This document shows, one piece after another, positions 38,794 through 49,389 of a stretch of 64,000 bases of DNA. The DNA comes from Vulcanimicrobiota bacterium. GTDB lineage: Bacteria; Vulcanimicrobiota; Vulcanimicrobiia; Eremiobacterales; Eremiobacteraceae. A program made the position numbers and the translations under genes. Below the pieces are notes generated by a model. The model was given only the letters and a program-made list of their open reading frames with translations, was not told the origin of the DNA and made no database searches. Each line of letters opens with the position of its first letter. Positions within the stretch are counted from its first letter, which is position 1. The stretch covers positions 320,001-384,000 of the forward strand of contig CAWETU010000001.1 of assembly GCA_963812135.1 (NCBI GenBank). Direction: 5' to 3'.

Positions 38794-40095
38794 GTGAAGC
38801 ATGCAGCCGCGCCGCGCGGAACTTTTGACGTACTTCCCACCAACGCGCGCCGCTGGCAAGCCCTCGAACGGATCGTCGATGAAGTGTGTGGCCGGTTCGG
38901 CTACGGGGAGATCCGCACGCCGATCTTCGAAAGCACCGAGGTCTTCGTGCGCACGATCGGCGAGGGCACCGACATCGTCGATAAGGAGATGTACACGTTC
39001 ACCGATCGCGGCGACCGCAGCATCACGCTGCGGCCGGAGTTCACCGCGCCGGTCGTGCGCGCCGTGCTCGAGCACAACCTGCTGCAGACGCTGCCGTTAA
39101 AGCTCTACTATCGAGGTCCTATCTTCCGATACGAACGCCCGCAGCGCGGACGTTATCGCCAGTCGCACCAGTGGGGCGTCGAGTGCTTCGGCGTCGAGGG
39201 GCCGGAAGCGGATGCCGAAGTCATCGCGCTTGGGATCGAAGTGTTGCGCGCAGCCGGCATCACCGACCATAAGCTCGAGATCAATTCGATGGGCTGCGAA
39301 TGGTGTCGCGCCGAATATCGCGCGGCGCTGGTCGCCTATCTCAAGGGACGAGGCGATGACCTGAGCGCGACGAGCCGGGAGCGCCTCGAGCGCAATCCGC
39401 TGCGCATCTTGGACTCAAAAGACGAAGGCGATCGGCGCGTGCTCGCATCCGCGCCGACCATCGACAGCTACTGGTGCGAGGCGTGCCGCGCGCATCTCGC
39501 GAGCGTGCGCGAGCTGCTCGACGCGATGGGCATCCAGAGCGAGCTGAACACGCACATCGTCCGGGGCTTCGACTATTACACGCGCACTGTGTTCGAGATC
39601 AGTTCGACGGCGTTGGGCTCGCAGAACGCCATTTGCGGCGGCGGGCGCTACGATCGGCTCGTCAAGGATATGGGCGGGCCTAGCACGCCCGCGGTCGGCC
39701 TCGCGATGGGCATCGATCGCCTGCTCATGCTGGTCGACGAGGGCAAAAGCACGAAGCTCGACGGGGCGCCGCACGTGCACGTCGCGTTCATCGCGCTGGA
39801 ACCCGAGGACGTGCTGACGCTCGTGCCGGTGATGCAAGGCTTGCGCGAGCGCGGCATCGGCGCCGACATGGACTACACGCGCCGCAAGTTGGAGAAGCAG
39901 ATCAAAGCCGCAGCCGAGAGCGGCGCGAGATTCGCTGTCATCGTCGGGGGCGATGAGCGCGCATCCGGCGAAGCTACCATCCAAGACCTGCAGACGCGGG
40001 AACGCCGCCGCGTGAAGCTCGCCGACGTCGGCGATGCGATCGCGGCCGCCTCGCACGCCGGCGCCGGCATGGAGCACGCGCATGGATCTGAATAA
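38794..40095 (+). CDS. hisS: Histidyl-tRNA synthetase
   Basis: PRGTFD, KEMY, LRPEFT, RYERPQRGRYRQ, RGFDYY and GGGRYD. Confidence 0.97.
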   Translation: MKHAAAPRGTFDVLPTNARRWQALERIVDEVCGRFGYGEIRTPIFESTEVFVRTIGEGTDIVDKEMYTFTDRGDRSITLRPEFTAPVVRAVLEHNLLQTLPLKLYYRGPIFRYERPQRGRYRQSHQWGVECFGVEGPEADAEVIALGIEVLRAAGITDHKLEINSMGCEWCRAEYRAALVAYLKGRGDDLSATSRERLERNPLRILDSKDEGDRRVLASAPTIDSYWCEACRAHLASVRELLDAMGIQSELNTHIVRGFDYYTRTVFEISSTALGSQNAICGGGRYDRLVKDMGGPSTPAVGLAMGIDRLLMLVDEGKSTKLDGAPHVHVAFIALEPEDVLTLVPVMQGLRERGIGADMDYTRRKLEKQIKAAAESGARFAVIVGGDERASGEATIQDLQTRERRRVKLADVGDAIAAASHAGAGMEHAHGSE

Positions 40096-40543
40096 GAAGG
40101 TCCTCGATCAACTCGTCGAGCTCATGCAGCGCGACGGGTTGGACCGGTTGCGCGTCCGCGTCGGCGATCTCGACGTCGACTTGCGCATGACGTCGCCGCG
40201 CCACGCCGACGGCGTCGCACCAAGCGCGACCGCTCCCTCGACAGCCGCCGTGTCCGCCGCAAGTTCGGCGCCGATCGCACCTAAGCCCGACGAAGCGCCG
40301 CCGAACGTCAAAAAAGTGCTCGCGCCGCTGGTCGGCGTCTTCTACCGCTCGCCCGCACCGAATGCGCCGCACTTCGTCGAAGTCGGCGACACGGTCACCG
40401 AAGGGCAGGTTTTGTGCATCCTGGAAGCGATGAAATTGATGAATGAAATCGTCAGCGAATACGACGGTAAGATCGTCAAGATCTGCGCGAAGGATGCGGA
40501 GCTCGCGTCGCTTCATCAGGAGTTGTTTTGGATCGAAACGTGA
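40082..40543 (+). CDS. accB: Biotin carboxyl carrier protein
   Basis: APLVGVFYRSP and EAMKLMNEI. Confidence 0.93.
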   Translation: MDLNKKVLDQLVELMQRDGLDRLRVRVGDLDVDLRMTSPRHADGVAPSATAPSTAAVSAASSAPIAPKPDEAPPNVKKVLAPLVGVFYRSPAPNAPHFVEVGDTVTEGQVLCILEAMKLMNEIVSEYDGKIVKICAKDAELASLHQELFWIET

Positions 40544-41121
40544 GCGCGCCGTCGAAGCGCAAGCGCTTCGCCGACTGCATGGCCGAGCGGTCCGATCTGT
40601 GGCGGGGCGCCGATTACGAACCATCCGTCACCGCAGCAGTCGCGGCGATCGTCCGCTGCATCCGCGCCGGAGGGCGCGTGTTTTTTTTCGGCAACGGCGG
40701 TAGCGCCGCGCAAGCGCAGCACCTCGCGGCGGAGCTCACCGGGCGTTTCTTGCTGGATCGCCCCAGTTATGGCGGCATCGCTTTGTCGGTCGACACGTCG
40801 GCGATCACCGCGATCGCCAACGACTACGGTTTCGAGCGCATCTTCGCGCGCCAACTCGAAGGCCTCGCGCGAGACGGCGACGTCGCGGTCGGCATCACGA
40901 CGTCGGGCAAGTCGCCCAACGTCATCGAGGGACTGAAGACCGCGCGCGCATTGGGCGCCGTCACGATCGCGTTCACCGGCAACGGCGGCGGCCCGGTCGT
41001 GGAGTTCGCTGACGTCGCGATCGTGGGTCCGCACGGCCCGTCGTGGAAAGTGCAGGAAGTGCAGTTCGCGCTCGGCCACATCGTCTGCGAATTGGCGGAG
41101 CTCGAGCTGGCGCAATCATGA
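40540..41121 (+). CDS. gmhA: Phosphoheptose isomerase
   Basis: GNGGSAAQAQH, ANDYGFE and QE...GH. Confidence 0.9.
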   Translation: MSAPSKRKRFADCMAERSDLWRGADYEPSVTAAVAAIVRCIRAGGRVFFFGNGGSAAQAQHLAAELTGRFLLDRPSYGGIALSVDTSAITAIANDYGFERIFARQLEGLARDGDVAVGITTSGKSPNVIEGLKTARALGAVTIAFTGNGGGPVVEFADVAIVGPHGPSWKVQEVQFALGHIVCELAELELAQS

Positions 41122-41708
41122 AGGCCGTCTTCGTCGATCGCGACGGCACGCTCAACGTCAATACCGGCTACGTCGGCGATCCCGCAGACGTCAAGCTCGT
41201 GCCGGGCGCTGCGGAAGGCGTGCGGCTGCTCGCCGATGCGGGCTACGCGATCGTCGTCGTCTCGAACCAATCCGGCATCGCACGAGGTTATTTCACGCCT
41301 GCTGCCGCCGAAGCGGTCGATGCCCGCATCCGCGAGCTGCTCGCCGCGTCGGGCGCGACGATCACTGCGTCGTATCGCTGTCCGCACTGGCCCGAGGAAA
41401 ATCGGCCGAGCGATGTTGCCGCGTGCGATTGCCGCAAGCCGAAGCCCGGCATGCTGCTACAGGCAGCGGCCGACCTCGGAATCGATCTCTCGCGCTCCTG
41501 GATGATCGGCGACCGCCTGCTCGACATGCAAGCCGGCCGCGCGGCGGGGTGCCGCTGCGTGCTGGTCGCCGGCGTGCCGGCGCACGAGCCGCCCGAGGAT
41601 TTTTCCAGCGCGCCGCCGCTCTATCGCGCACGCGATCTCGCCGACGCAGCTCGTTTCATACTGACATCCGCGGACGCGCCTGCCGCGCGCGCAGCCGGAT
41701 CGCGATGA
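41118..41708 (+). CDS. gmhB: Heptose-1,7-bisphosphate phosphatase
   Basis: DRDGTL, SNQSG, CPH, CRKPKPG and MIGD. Confidence 0.9.
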   Translation: MKAVFVDRDGTLNVNTGYVGDPADVKLVPGAAEGVRLLADAGYAIVVVSNQSGIARGYFTPAAAEAVDARIRELLAASGATITASYRCPHWPEENRPSDVAACDCRKPKPGMLLQAAADLGIDLSRSWMIGDRLLDMQAGRAAGCRCVLVAGVPAHEPPEDFSSAPPLYRARDLADAARFILTSADAPAARAAGSR

Positions 41709-42775
41709 GCGCGATCGAGCCGGCCTGGGTCGCCGACCTGCTCAAGGCGATGCGCGGAGCGCGCATCGCGGTCGCCGGCGACATCATGCTCGACGAATGG
41801 TTGTGGGGCAGCGTGCGGCGCATCTCGCCGGAAGCGCCGGTGCCGGTGGTCGAGGTCAGTTCACAATCGTTCACGCTCGGCGGCGCGGGCAACGTCGCCA
41901 ACAATCTCGCGGCATTAGGCGCGAAGGTGCGTCTGGTCGGCGTCGTCGGCGACGATGCCGCCGGCAGCCGGACGCTCGAGCTGTGCAAGCAGCTCGGGAT
42001 CGACACCTCGGGTGTGTTCGTCGCGCCCGGCCGGCCCACGACGCAGAAGACGCGCATCGTCGCGCACAACCAACAAGTGGTGCGCGCAGACCGCGAGGTG
42101 ACCGCGGCGCTCGACGCGCGCTCGCGGCGCGCGCTGCTCGATCGTCTGCGCTCGCTCGATGGAGCGATCGACGGGGCGGTCGTGTCGGACTACAGCAAGG
42201 GCATGGTCAGCGCGCCGATCGTCCAGACGCTGCTCGGGCACCGTCATCGCGTCGTCGTCACGGGCGATCCCAAACCCGCCAACCTTGCTGCGTTTTCCGG
42301 CGTCGACTGCATCGCGCCGAATCTTGCCGAAACCGCAGACGCGGCGGGCATGCCGGTCGACACCGACGCGGCACTGGCGCGGGCGGCGTCGCGTTTGCTC
42401 AAGTCGACGAACACCAAGTATGTCCTCGTCACGCGCGGCGAGCACGGCATGACGCTTTTCGGCGCGCACGGCGCGCCGTTCACGGTGCCTGCGGTCGCGC
42501 GCCAAGTCTATGACGTCAGCGGTGCGGGCGACACGGTGATATCCGCCCTGACGCTGTCATTGGCGGCGGGTGCGCCGATCCGGCACGCGGTCGCCTTCGC
42601 GTCGCTGGCGGCCGGCGTCGTCGTCGAGAAACTCGGCACCGCGACCGCGACGCCGAAAGAGATCTTAGAGTTCGCGCGGCGCGAAGGCGTCGCACACCCG
42701 ATGCGCTTGGCGAGCGCGAAACGCGCATCCCGCGGGAAGTCCCGCAGCGGCAAGGGCCGTGCGCGCCGCCGATAA
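41705..42775 (+). CDS. rfaE1: Heptose-7-phosphate kinase (RfaE domain I)
   Basis: GDIMLD, RISPEAPVPV, SDYSKG and DVSGAGDT. Confidence 0.9.
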   Translation: MSAIEPAWVADLLKAMRGARIAVAGDIMLDEWLWGSVRRISPEAPVPVVEVSSQSFTLGGAGNVANNLAALGAKVRLVGVVGDDAAGSRTLELCKQLGIDTSGVFVAPGRPTTQKTRIVAHNQQVVRADREVTAALDARSRRALLDRLRSLDGAIDGAVVSDYSKGMVSAPIVQTLLGHRHRVVVTGDPKPANLAAFSGVDCIAPNLAETADAAGMPVDTDAALARAASRLLKSTNTKYVLVTRGEHGMTLFGAHGAPFTVPAVARQVYDVSGAGDTVISALTLSLAAGAPIRHAVAFASLAAGVVVEKLGTATATPKEILEFARREGVAHPMRLASAKRASRGKSRSGKGRARRR

Positions 42776-43250
42776 AGTACTGCCGCGCGACGACATCGCC
42801 CGGCTGCTCCCGGCGCTGCGCGCCGAGCGCGGTACGCTCGTCTTCACCAATGGAGTCTTCGATCTGCTGCACGTCGGACACGTGCGTTACCTCGAATTCG
42901 CCCGCGCCCTGGGAGGCATCCTGATCGTCGGCATCAATTCGGATGCGTCCGTCCGCGCCCTCGACAAAGCTCCCGGCCGCCCCCTCGTCAGCGCCGCTGA
43001 ACGCGCCGAGATCGTCGCCGCGCTTGCCTGCGTCGACTACGTATGCATCTTCGACGAGCCGCGCCCGGATGCGACGCTGCGCGTGCTGCGCCCGGACATC
43101 CACGTCAAAGGCGCGGGTTACACGATCGCACAGCTTCCCGAAGCGGCGACCGTCGCGGAGATCGGCGGCAAGATCGTGCTGGCGCCGCAGGTCGAAGGCC
43201 GATCGACGAGCGATCTGCTCAAGCGCATCCGCGAAAGCGATTCGAAGTGA
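42759..43250 (+). CDS. rfaE2: Heptose-1-phosphate adenylyltransferase (RfaE domain II)
   Basis: FTNGVFDLLHVGH, NSDASV and STS. Confidence 0.9.
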   Translation: MRAADKVLPRDDIARLLPALRAERGTLVFTNGVFDLLHVGHVRYLEFARALGGILIVGINSDASVRALDKAPGRPLVSAAERAEIVAALACVDYVCIFDEPRPDATLRVLRPDIHVKGAGYTIAQLPEAATVAEIGGKIVLAPQVEGRSTSDLLKRIRESDSK

Positions 43251-44488
43251 CGCCGCGGCTGGTCGTCACCGTCAATGGTCCCGGCGAACTGATGGGTTGG
43301 GCGCGCCCCTTCGTGCGCGCGGTCTACGAACTGGCCGCGGACACGCACGTCACGATCGTGTTCGTGCCGTGCCCCTATGCGACCGGGCGCGAGCCCCAGA
43401 CGGCGCGCGACCTTTTCCCGCGGGCGACCGTGGTGCCGCCCAAACAGTATGCGCGTTTCCTCATGGGTCGCGCCGTCGAGGGGATGGAGAAAGGCCCCGG
43501 CGCCCTGCAGTACCTCGGCGGCGATCTGTACCATGCGAAGACGATCGCGAAGCGCATGGGACTGACGTCCATGACCTACAAGTTCTCGCGCCGCAACTTC
43601 GCGCACAGCTTCGTGCGTTTTTTCGCGCTCGACGAAGCGAACGCCGCAGAGTTGCGTGCGACCGGCGCGCCGCCGGATCGCGTGCGCATCGTCGGCAACC
43701 TGGTGGCCGACTCGGTGCTCGAATCGGTGGCCTCACCGGCACCGGCGCCGAGCCGCGCGACGACGATCTGCATCTTCCCCGGCAGCCGGCCGCCGGAGTT
43801 GCGCGCGCTGTTGCCATTCTTTCTCGATGCGGTGATGCGCGTGCTGCGCGCGCGGCCCGAGCTCAGCGGCAGCGTGTCAGTCGCTCCCTTCAATAGCGAC
43901 GATGAGATCGGCGCGAGTATGCAGGCGCCGGATAGTGCGTTCGGCGGCGTGCGCGGCGAGCTCGTCGACGGCGGCAAGGCGATCGTCGTGGACGGTATCC
44001 GCTTTGCGGTTGACCGTTCGGGCAGGTACGAGGCCCTGTCGCAAGCGGCGCTCGTGATCGCGACACCCGGCACCAAATGCATTGAAGCGGCTGTGCTCGG
44101 CCGGCCGCTGCTCGTCGTGCTGCCGCTCAACCGGACCGACGAAGCCGTCGTGCCAGGAATGGCCGGGTATTTGCATCGCGTACCCGTGGTCGGCCGGCCG
44201 CTCAAACGCTGGCTGTCGCATAAGATCGAGCGCCGCTTCAAATATGTCGCGCAACCCAACATCGACGCCGACAAACTGCTGGTGCCGGAATTGCGAGGCG
44301 TGCTGAGCTCGCAGGATATCGCGGCGCGCGCTCTCTCGATGCTCGGGGACCCGGCCGGACTGGACGCGATGGGCGCCGAGCTCGCGCAACTGTATGCGCA
44401 CGACGCCGGAGCGGCGGTGCGCATGGCGCGCGAGGCGCTTTCGGTGGCGGTCGAAGCGGCGCAGCCGGCGACAGGAGCGGCATCGTAA
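43247..44488 (+). CDS. LpxB-related GT-B glycosyltransferase
   Basis: NGPGE, VGNL, FPGSR, PGT, PNI and VPEL, as in lipid-A-disaccharide synthase-like proteins. Confidence 0.65.
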   Translation: MTPRLVVTVNGPGELMGWARPFVRAVYELAADTHVTIVFVPCPYATGREPQTARDLFPRATVVPPKQYARFLMGRAVEGMEKGPGALQYLGGDLYHAKTIAKRMGLTSMTYKFSRRNFAHSFVRFFALDEANAAELRATGAPPDRVRIVGNLVADSVLESVASPAPAPSRATTICIFPGSRPPELRALLPFFLDAVMRVLRARPELSGSVSVAPFNSDDEIGASMQAPDSAFGGVRGELVDGGKAIVVDGIRFAVDRSGRYEALSQAALVIATPGTKCIEAAVLGRPLLVVLPLNRTDEAVVPGMAGYLHRVPVVGRPLKRWLSHKIERRFKYVAQPNIDADKLLVPELRGVLSSQDIAARALSMLGDPAGLDAMGAELAQLYAHDAGAAVRMAREALSVAVEAAQPATGAAS

Positions 44489-44490
44489 CC

Positions 44491-45372
44491 ATGCCCGAGG
44501 CGACCGTCGTGATCGCCACGCGCGATCGCGCCGACCTGCTGCGCGATTGCCTCGCCCGGCTCGCGGCGCAAACGGCGCACGGGCGGTTCGATGTCATCGT
44601 GGCGGACAACGGTTCGAGCGATGATACGGAGCGCGTCGTCGCGCAGGCGGCGCCGCTCGCCAGACGCGTCTTCGTCGCGCGACCCAATCGCGGCAGCGCG
44701 CGCAACGCCGGCATCGCTGCGGCGACCGGCCGCATCGTCATCTTCTGTGACGACGACACGCTGCCGCCGGGCGGCTTCGTCGCCGCGCACCTCGCCGCGC
44801 ACGGCGCGGCAACAGATCGCGTGGTGGCAGGGCCGATCGTCAACGTGCCCGACGCGGAGCATCTGACGGCGCCGACCGCCGCGCACTATTCGCGCGCGTT
44901 TTTTTGCACGTGCAACGCGAGCGCGCCGAAAGCCGCGCTCGATGCCGTCGGCGATTTCGATGAGGCATTCGAGCTGTACGGGTGGGAAGACACGGATCTC
45001 GGCGTGCGCTTGAAGAGCGCGGGCCTCAAGCGCGTGTTCGCCTGGGATGCGTACATCTATCACGTCAAGCCGCCATCCGTGATGACGCTGGAGCGCCGGC
45101 TCGCCCTCGCTCGCGAGAAGGGCGCGATGGCCGCGCGCTTCGTGCGCAAGTCACCGACCTGGCCGGTACGTCTGGCGACCGGCGCATATGCGGCGAATTT
45201 CGCGCGCGCATCGATTGCCGGCGTGGCGCCGCTGCGGCGCCTCTATGAACGGCTCGCGCAGCCGCGCGTGCCGGGTGAGCTCTCGGGCGTGCGCGCGCTC
45301 GCCGCGGATGCGCTGGCAGACGCGACATATGTCGATGCGCTGCGCGCGGGGCTGCGGCGCGCAGATGGCTGA
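44491..45372 (+). CDS. Glycosyltransferase family 2
   Basis: DNGSSD, ARNAG, DDD and YGWEDTDLG. Confidence 0.88.
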   Translation: MPEATVVIATRDRADLLRDCLARLAAQTAHGRFDVIVADNGSSDDTERVVAQAAPLARRVFVARPNRGSARNAGIAAATGRIVIFCDDDTLPPGGFVAAHLAAHGAATDRVVAGPIVNVPDAEHLTAPTAAHYSRAFFCTCNASAPKAALDAVGDFDEAFELYGWEDTDLGVRLKSAGLKRVFAWDAYIYHVKPPSVMTLERRLALAREKGAMAARFVRKSPTWPVRLATGAYAANFARASIAGVAPLRRLYERLAQPRVPGELSGVRALAADALADATYVDALRAGLRRADG

Positions 45373-46384
45373 CGCCCCCCGATTTCTCCTCGTACGTCTT
45401 GACGGGCTCGGCGATGCGCTCGCGTGCATCCCCGCGCTTGCCGGTCTGCGCGCAGCGCATCCAGGTGCGGCGTTCGGCGTCGTCTGCTCGAGCGCGAACG
45501 CCGACGTGTTCTCGGATCTGATGGAGCGCGTGCATGTCTTGCCAGATGTGTCTGCGCCACGCGAAGCGCTCGACGCGGAATTGAAGCGGGCCGGATACAC
45601 GCACGCGCTTGTAGCGACCGAGGAAGTCGCGGGATACGCGCTTGCGTCGGCGTCCGGCGCGCGCCGCCGCGCCGGCTTTTGGCATCGCTTTGAAAAGCCG
45701 TTCAAGTCGCTCTGGCAATTCGCGCAGCTCACCGACCGCGTCTACCGGCCGGCGGCGTGGACCGCGCGCCCGGAGCACGAGGCGGAAACGCTCTATCGTC
45801 TCGCGCTGCCGTTCGGCGCACACGCGCCGCCGCCGCGCGACGCACGAACACTGCGCGAATGGGTGGCGCTCGACCCCGATCCATCGCAGCAGCTGACGCG
45901 CGATACGCTCGGCGTGCAAGTGGCCGGCAAGCTTGCGACCGACGGGTGGGGCCCAAGCGCGCTCGCGCAACTCTGCGAGAGCGCCCTCCGATCGTCCGAG
46001 CTGCGTGATTTGGCGCTGTTGGCGGCGCCATCCGACCAGGGCCTCGCGCACTCCGTGCTGGAACACTTTGGCGGCGACGCGCGTTCGCGCGCCCGCGTGC
46101 TACCTCCCGGACGCGTGCCCCAATGGTTCGCAGCGATCGATTCGCTCGCGGCGCTCCTCACGCCGGATACCGGCGCGGCACATGCAGCCGGCATGCTCGG
46201 AGTCCCGGTGATCGATCTCTTCGCCCAGACACGTTTCGACCAGCTCTCGCGCCAATGGCGTCCGTGGGCGGCGCCGGCGCGCTGCCTCGTCAAGCCGATC
46301 GCAGGCCCCGGCATCGCGCAGTCATTCGGCGACGAGCTGGGGACCGAGATCAAACGGTTGCGCACGCAGGACGCACGCGCGTGA
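45365..46384 (+). CDS. Glycosyltransferase family 9
   Basis: RLDGLGD and DTGAAHAA. Confidence 0.82.
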   Translation: MADAPRFLLVRLDGLGDALACIPALAGLRAAHPGAAFGVVCSSANADVFSDLMERVHVLPDVSAPREALDAELKRAGYTHALVATEEVAGYALASASGARRRAGFWHRFEKPFKSLWQFAQLTDRVYRPAAWTARPEHEAETLYRLALPFGAHAPPPRDARTLREWVALDPDPSQQLTRDTLGVQVAGKLATDGWGPSALAQLCESALRSSELRDLALLAAPSDQGLAHSVLEHFGGDARSRARVLPPGRVPQWFAAIDSLAALLTPDTGAAHAAGMLGVPVIDLFAQTRFDQLSRQWRPWAAPARCLVKPIAGPGIAQSFGDELGTEIKRLRTQDARA

Positions 46385-47427
46385 GCCAAACGGATCGCGC
46401 ACGCGTGCTCGCGGTGTGCACCGGCGGCGGCAGCGGCGATCTGCTGGCCGCGACGCCGGCGATGCAGGCATTGGCGCGCCATTTCGGCCGGAAGCTCGTG
46501 GTGCTCGCGTCGCCGCTCGCCGCGCCGCTGCTCGACGGCCACCCAGCCGTCGAAACGACGCTGGTCGATGACGGCCGGGAGCCGGTCGACGCGATCGCCG
46601 CGCGGCTGCGCGAGTTCGGCTTCACGCACGCGGTCGTCTTCTGGTCGACGGCGCGCGTCGCAGCGATCGTCGCGCGCGCGGGCATCCCAGTGCGCGTGGG
46701 CCAGTCGCGGCGCCTGTATTCGTGGCGGTATACGCTTCGCGTGCCGGTGCGCACCGAGCGCGGCGACCAGACCAGTCACTGGACCGACGTGCAGATGGAT
46801 TACGCGCGCGCCCTGGGCGCACAGCCGATCGATTCGGATTATCGCATCGTCGTGCCGATCGATGCGGACGACCGGGCGCAAGCAAGCGAGGTGCTCCGCC
46901 GCGCCGCGCCGGATGGGCGCTTTCTCGTCTTGCACGCGGCGCGCGGCATGCGCTTGGACACGGTGCGCTGGCCGGTGGAGACGTTCGCGGCGATCGGCGA
47001 TGCGCTCGCCGACGCGTTCGGTGTGCCAGTATTGCTCACCGGCGCCGCAGATGAGGCGGCGACCATCCAACGGATCGGCGACGCGATGCACCGGCCGCAC
47101 GCAGTCATCGCAGGAAAGACCAGTCTACGCAGTCTCGCCGCACTGCTCGAACGAGCCGAGGTGGTCGTCGCGCTTGATTCGGGACCGATGCACATCGCCG
47201 CGGCGGTCGGCGCGCCGACGGTCGGTATCTTCGCGCTGCGCACGGATCTGCCGAAACGCTGGCGGCCGCTCGGCGATCGCGTGGTGATTGTCGAGCCCTC
47301 GTACGCGTGTCCGCGGTGGTGCCGCAAGGAGACGTGCAAGACGTTCGACTGCTGTCGCGCGCTCGACCCGGCCGCGATCGTCAGCGCTGCGCGCGACGCG
47401 ACGCGCAAGACCGCGAGCGTCGCATGA
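46381..47427 (+). CDS. Glycosyltransferase family 9 (heptosyltransferase-like)
   Basis: GDLLAATP, WP, GKTSL, DSGPMHIA and a C-terminal Cys cluster. Confidence 0.87.
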   Translation: MSQTDRARVLAVCTGGGSGDLLAATPAMQALARHFGRKLVVLASPLAAPLLDGHPAVETTLVDDGREPVDAIAARLREFGFTHAVVFWSTARVAAIVARAGIPVRVGQSRRLYSWRYTLRVPVRTERGDQTSHWTDVQMDYARALGAQPIDSDYRIVVPIDADDRAQASEVLRRAAPDGRFLVLHAARGMRLDTVRWPVETFAAIGDALADAFGVPVLLTGAADEAATIQRIGDAMHRPHAVIAGKTSLRSLAALLERAEVVVALDSGPMHIAAAVGAPTVGIFALRTDLPKRWRPLGDRVVIVEPSYACPRWCRKETCKTFDCCRALDPAAIVSAARDATRKTASVA

Positions 47428-48344
47428 GCGCTCCGATCATCACCGTTCAGTTGTGCACGTACAACCGTCGCGCGCTGCTCGGCCGCGTGATGCAGGCCCT
47501 CTTCGCACAGGACCTCGATTCATCCCAATACGAGATCGTGCTTGTCGACGACGGTTCGACCGACGGCACATACGAAGACGTGATCGCCAAACTCGCGCCG
47601 ACGTGCGCGCTGACCGTCGTGCGCCAGCGCAATGCCGGCCTTGCCGCCGGTCGCAACGCCGGCATCGCGAGAGCGCGCGGCGAATTGATCATGTTCATGG
47701 ACGACGACGTGCTCGCCACGCCTGGGTTGCTGGCGGCGCACGTGCGTGCTCACCAGGCGAACTCGCGCGCGATCGTCAGGGGCGGCGTGATCAACGTCGT
47801 GTCGTTCGACGAGTTGCCGCGTGCAGCGTATTCCTGGCGCAACTACTCGGGTGCGTATTTCTGGACCACCAACGTTTCGGTGCCCCTCGCGCTGCTGCGA
47901 GAAGCCGGGGGCTTTGACGAACGCTTCCGGGAGTACGGCTGGGAGGACCTGGACGTCGGTCTGCGTCTGCGGCAGATGCATGTCCCATCGCTGCTCGCCA
48001 AAGACGCGCTCGTCTACCATTATAAGCCACCCGCGCCGCCCAGCGCGTTTTCGGCGCAGGCGCGCCAGGCGCGCGCCCAGGCACGCACCGCGGTGCAGTT
48101 CATCGACAAGCACCCGCACTGGCGCGTCGCGCTGGCGACCGGCCAAGTCGCGCCGCTGATGTGGTGGAGCGGAGTCGCGCGGGCGCTCGGGTGGCCGCGA
48201 CTGCTCGAGACGATCGCGAAGCCAGACATGTCGAGCGGTGCGCTGCCGATGGGCCTGCGCCGATGGGCCGCAGCGCGCTTCGCTCGCGCCGAATACTTCG
48301 ACGAACTGCAGCTCGCCCGCGCGCCGCGGGCGCGAAAAGCGTAA
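47424..48344 (+). CDS. Glycosyltransferase family 2
   Basis: TYNR, DDGSTD, DDD and YGWEDLD. Confidence 0.88.
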   Translation: MSAPIITVQLCTYNRRALLGRVMQALFAQDLDSSQYEIVLVDDGSTDGTYEDVIAKLAPTCALTVVRQRNAGLAAGRNAGIARARGELIMFMDDDVLATPGLLAAHVRAHQANSRAIVRGGVINVVSFDELPRAAYSWRNYSGAYFWTTNVSVPLALLREAGGFDERFREYGWEDLDVGLRLRQMHVPSLLAKDALVYHYKPPAPPSAFSAQARQARAQARTAVQFIDKHPHWRVALATGQVAPLMWWSGVARALGWPRLLETIAKPDMSSGALPMGLRRWAAARFARAEYFDELQLARAPRARKA

Positions 48345-48353
48345 GCGCGCAGC

Positions 48354-49379
48354 GTGCCTGCCTATCGCCGCATCCTGCTCATCCGCACCGACCGGCTCGG
48401 CGACCTCGTGCTCTCGACGCCGGCGATCGCGTCGTTTCGCCGGTCGTGGCCGGACGCGCGCATCGAGGCGCTCGTCTCCGACTACAACGAGCCGGTGATG
48501 CGTTTCAATCGCGACGTCGACGCGCTTCACGTGTTGCCGCGCACGGCCTCACGCTCGCAAGCCCGAGCGCTCGCGCGCACCCTCGGGGAAGGCGTGGACC
48601 TCGCCGTCGCGCTCGCGCCGCGCACCGCGGATTATCGGCTTGCGCTGTGGTCGCGCGCGCCGCGGCGCATCGGCTACGTCTATCGAAGGCGCTACCTCTC
48701 GCGACTGGCGGCCCGCGTGATGCTGACGGATCACGGCATCTCTGAAGCGGATCCCGACCTCGCCGATCGCTATCCCGACCGTCCGGTTGCACACGAGGTG
48801 CATCAAGTGCTCGCCCTCGTGCGTCTCGCGGGCGGCGAAACGCTCACTGATTCGCTCGTCTTCGACGTCGGCGAAGAGGCGACAGCGTTCGCGCGCGATG
48901 CAGTGCCGTCCGGCGCGATCGGCGTGAATCTCGCGCCGCGCTGGTTCGCCCCTGACTTCGGCCTGCGCGCGACTGCGACGCTCATCGAGGGTCTCGCCGC
49001 GCAGCAGAAGGACGTGCTGGTCACGTATGGCGGCGACGTGCGAGAAGCGGCGATGCAGCTGCGCGGCTCCGTCAACGCGTCCAACGTCACCTGGATCGGT
49101 GAAGCGCCGGTGCTCGATTGGGCGGCAGCGCTCGGCCGGTGCGGCGCGGTCATCACCGTTGATTGCGGCGCGGTGCACGTCGCCGCCGCGCAAGGCATTC
49201 CCGTCGTCGGCGTCTACGAACGGCAGTATTATCGGTTGAGCTCCCAGGAGTGGAGCCCATGGCACGTGCCGTCGGTCGTGCTGTGCAAACCACCCGAGGG
49301 AGCGAGCGCGCTCCCGCTCATCGACGACGTGCTCGCGGGCGTGCGGGCGCTGCTGCGCCAGCCCGCGCCCGCCGCATGA
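48354..49379 (+). CDS. Glycosyltransferase family 9
   Basis: RTDRLGDLVLSTP and DCGAVHVA. Confidence 0.85.
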   Translation: MPAYRRILLIRTDRLGDLVLSTPAIASFRRSWPDARIEALVSDYNEPVMRFNRDVDALHVLPRTASRSQARALARTLGEGVDLAVALAPRTADYRLALWSRAPRRIGYVYRRRYLSRLAARVMLTDHGISEADPDLADRYPDRPVAHEVHQVLALVRLAGGETLTDSLVFDVGEEATAFARDAVPSGAIGVNLAPRWFAPDFGLRATATLIEGLAAQQKDVLVTYGGDVREAAMQLRGSVNASNVTWIGEAPVLDWAAALGRCGAVITVDCGAVHVAAAQGIPVVGVYERQYYRLSSQEWSPWHVPSVVLCKPPEGASALPLIDDVLAGVRALLRQPAPAA

Positions 49380-49389
49380 TCCGAAGAGC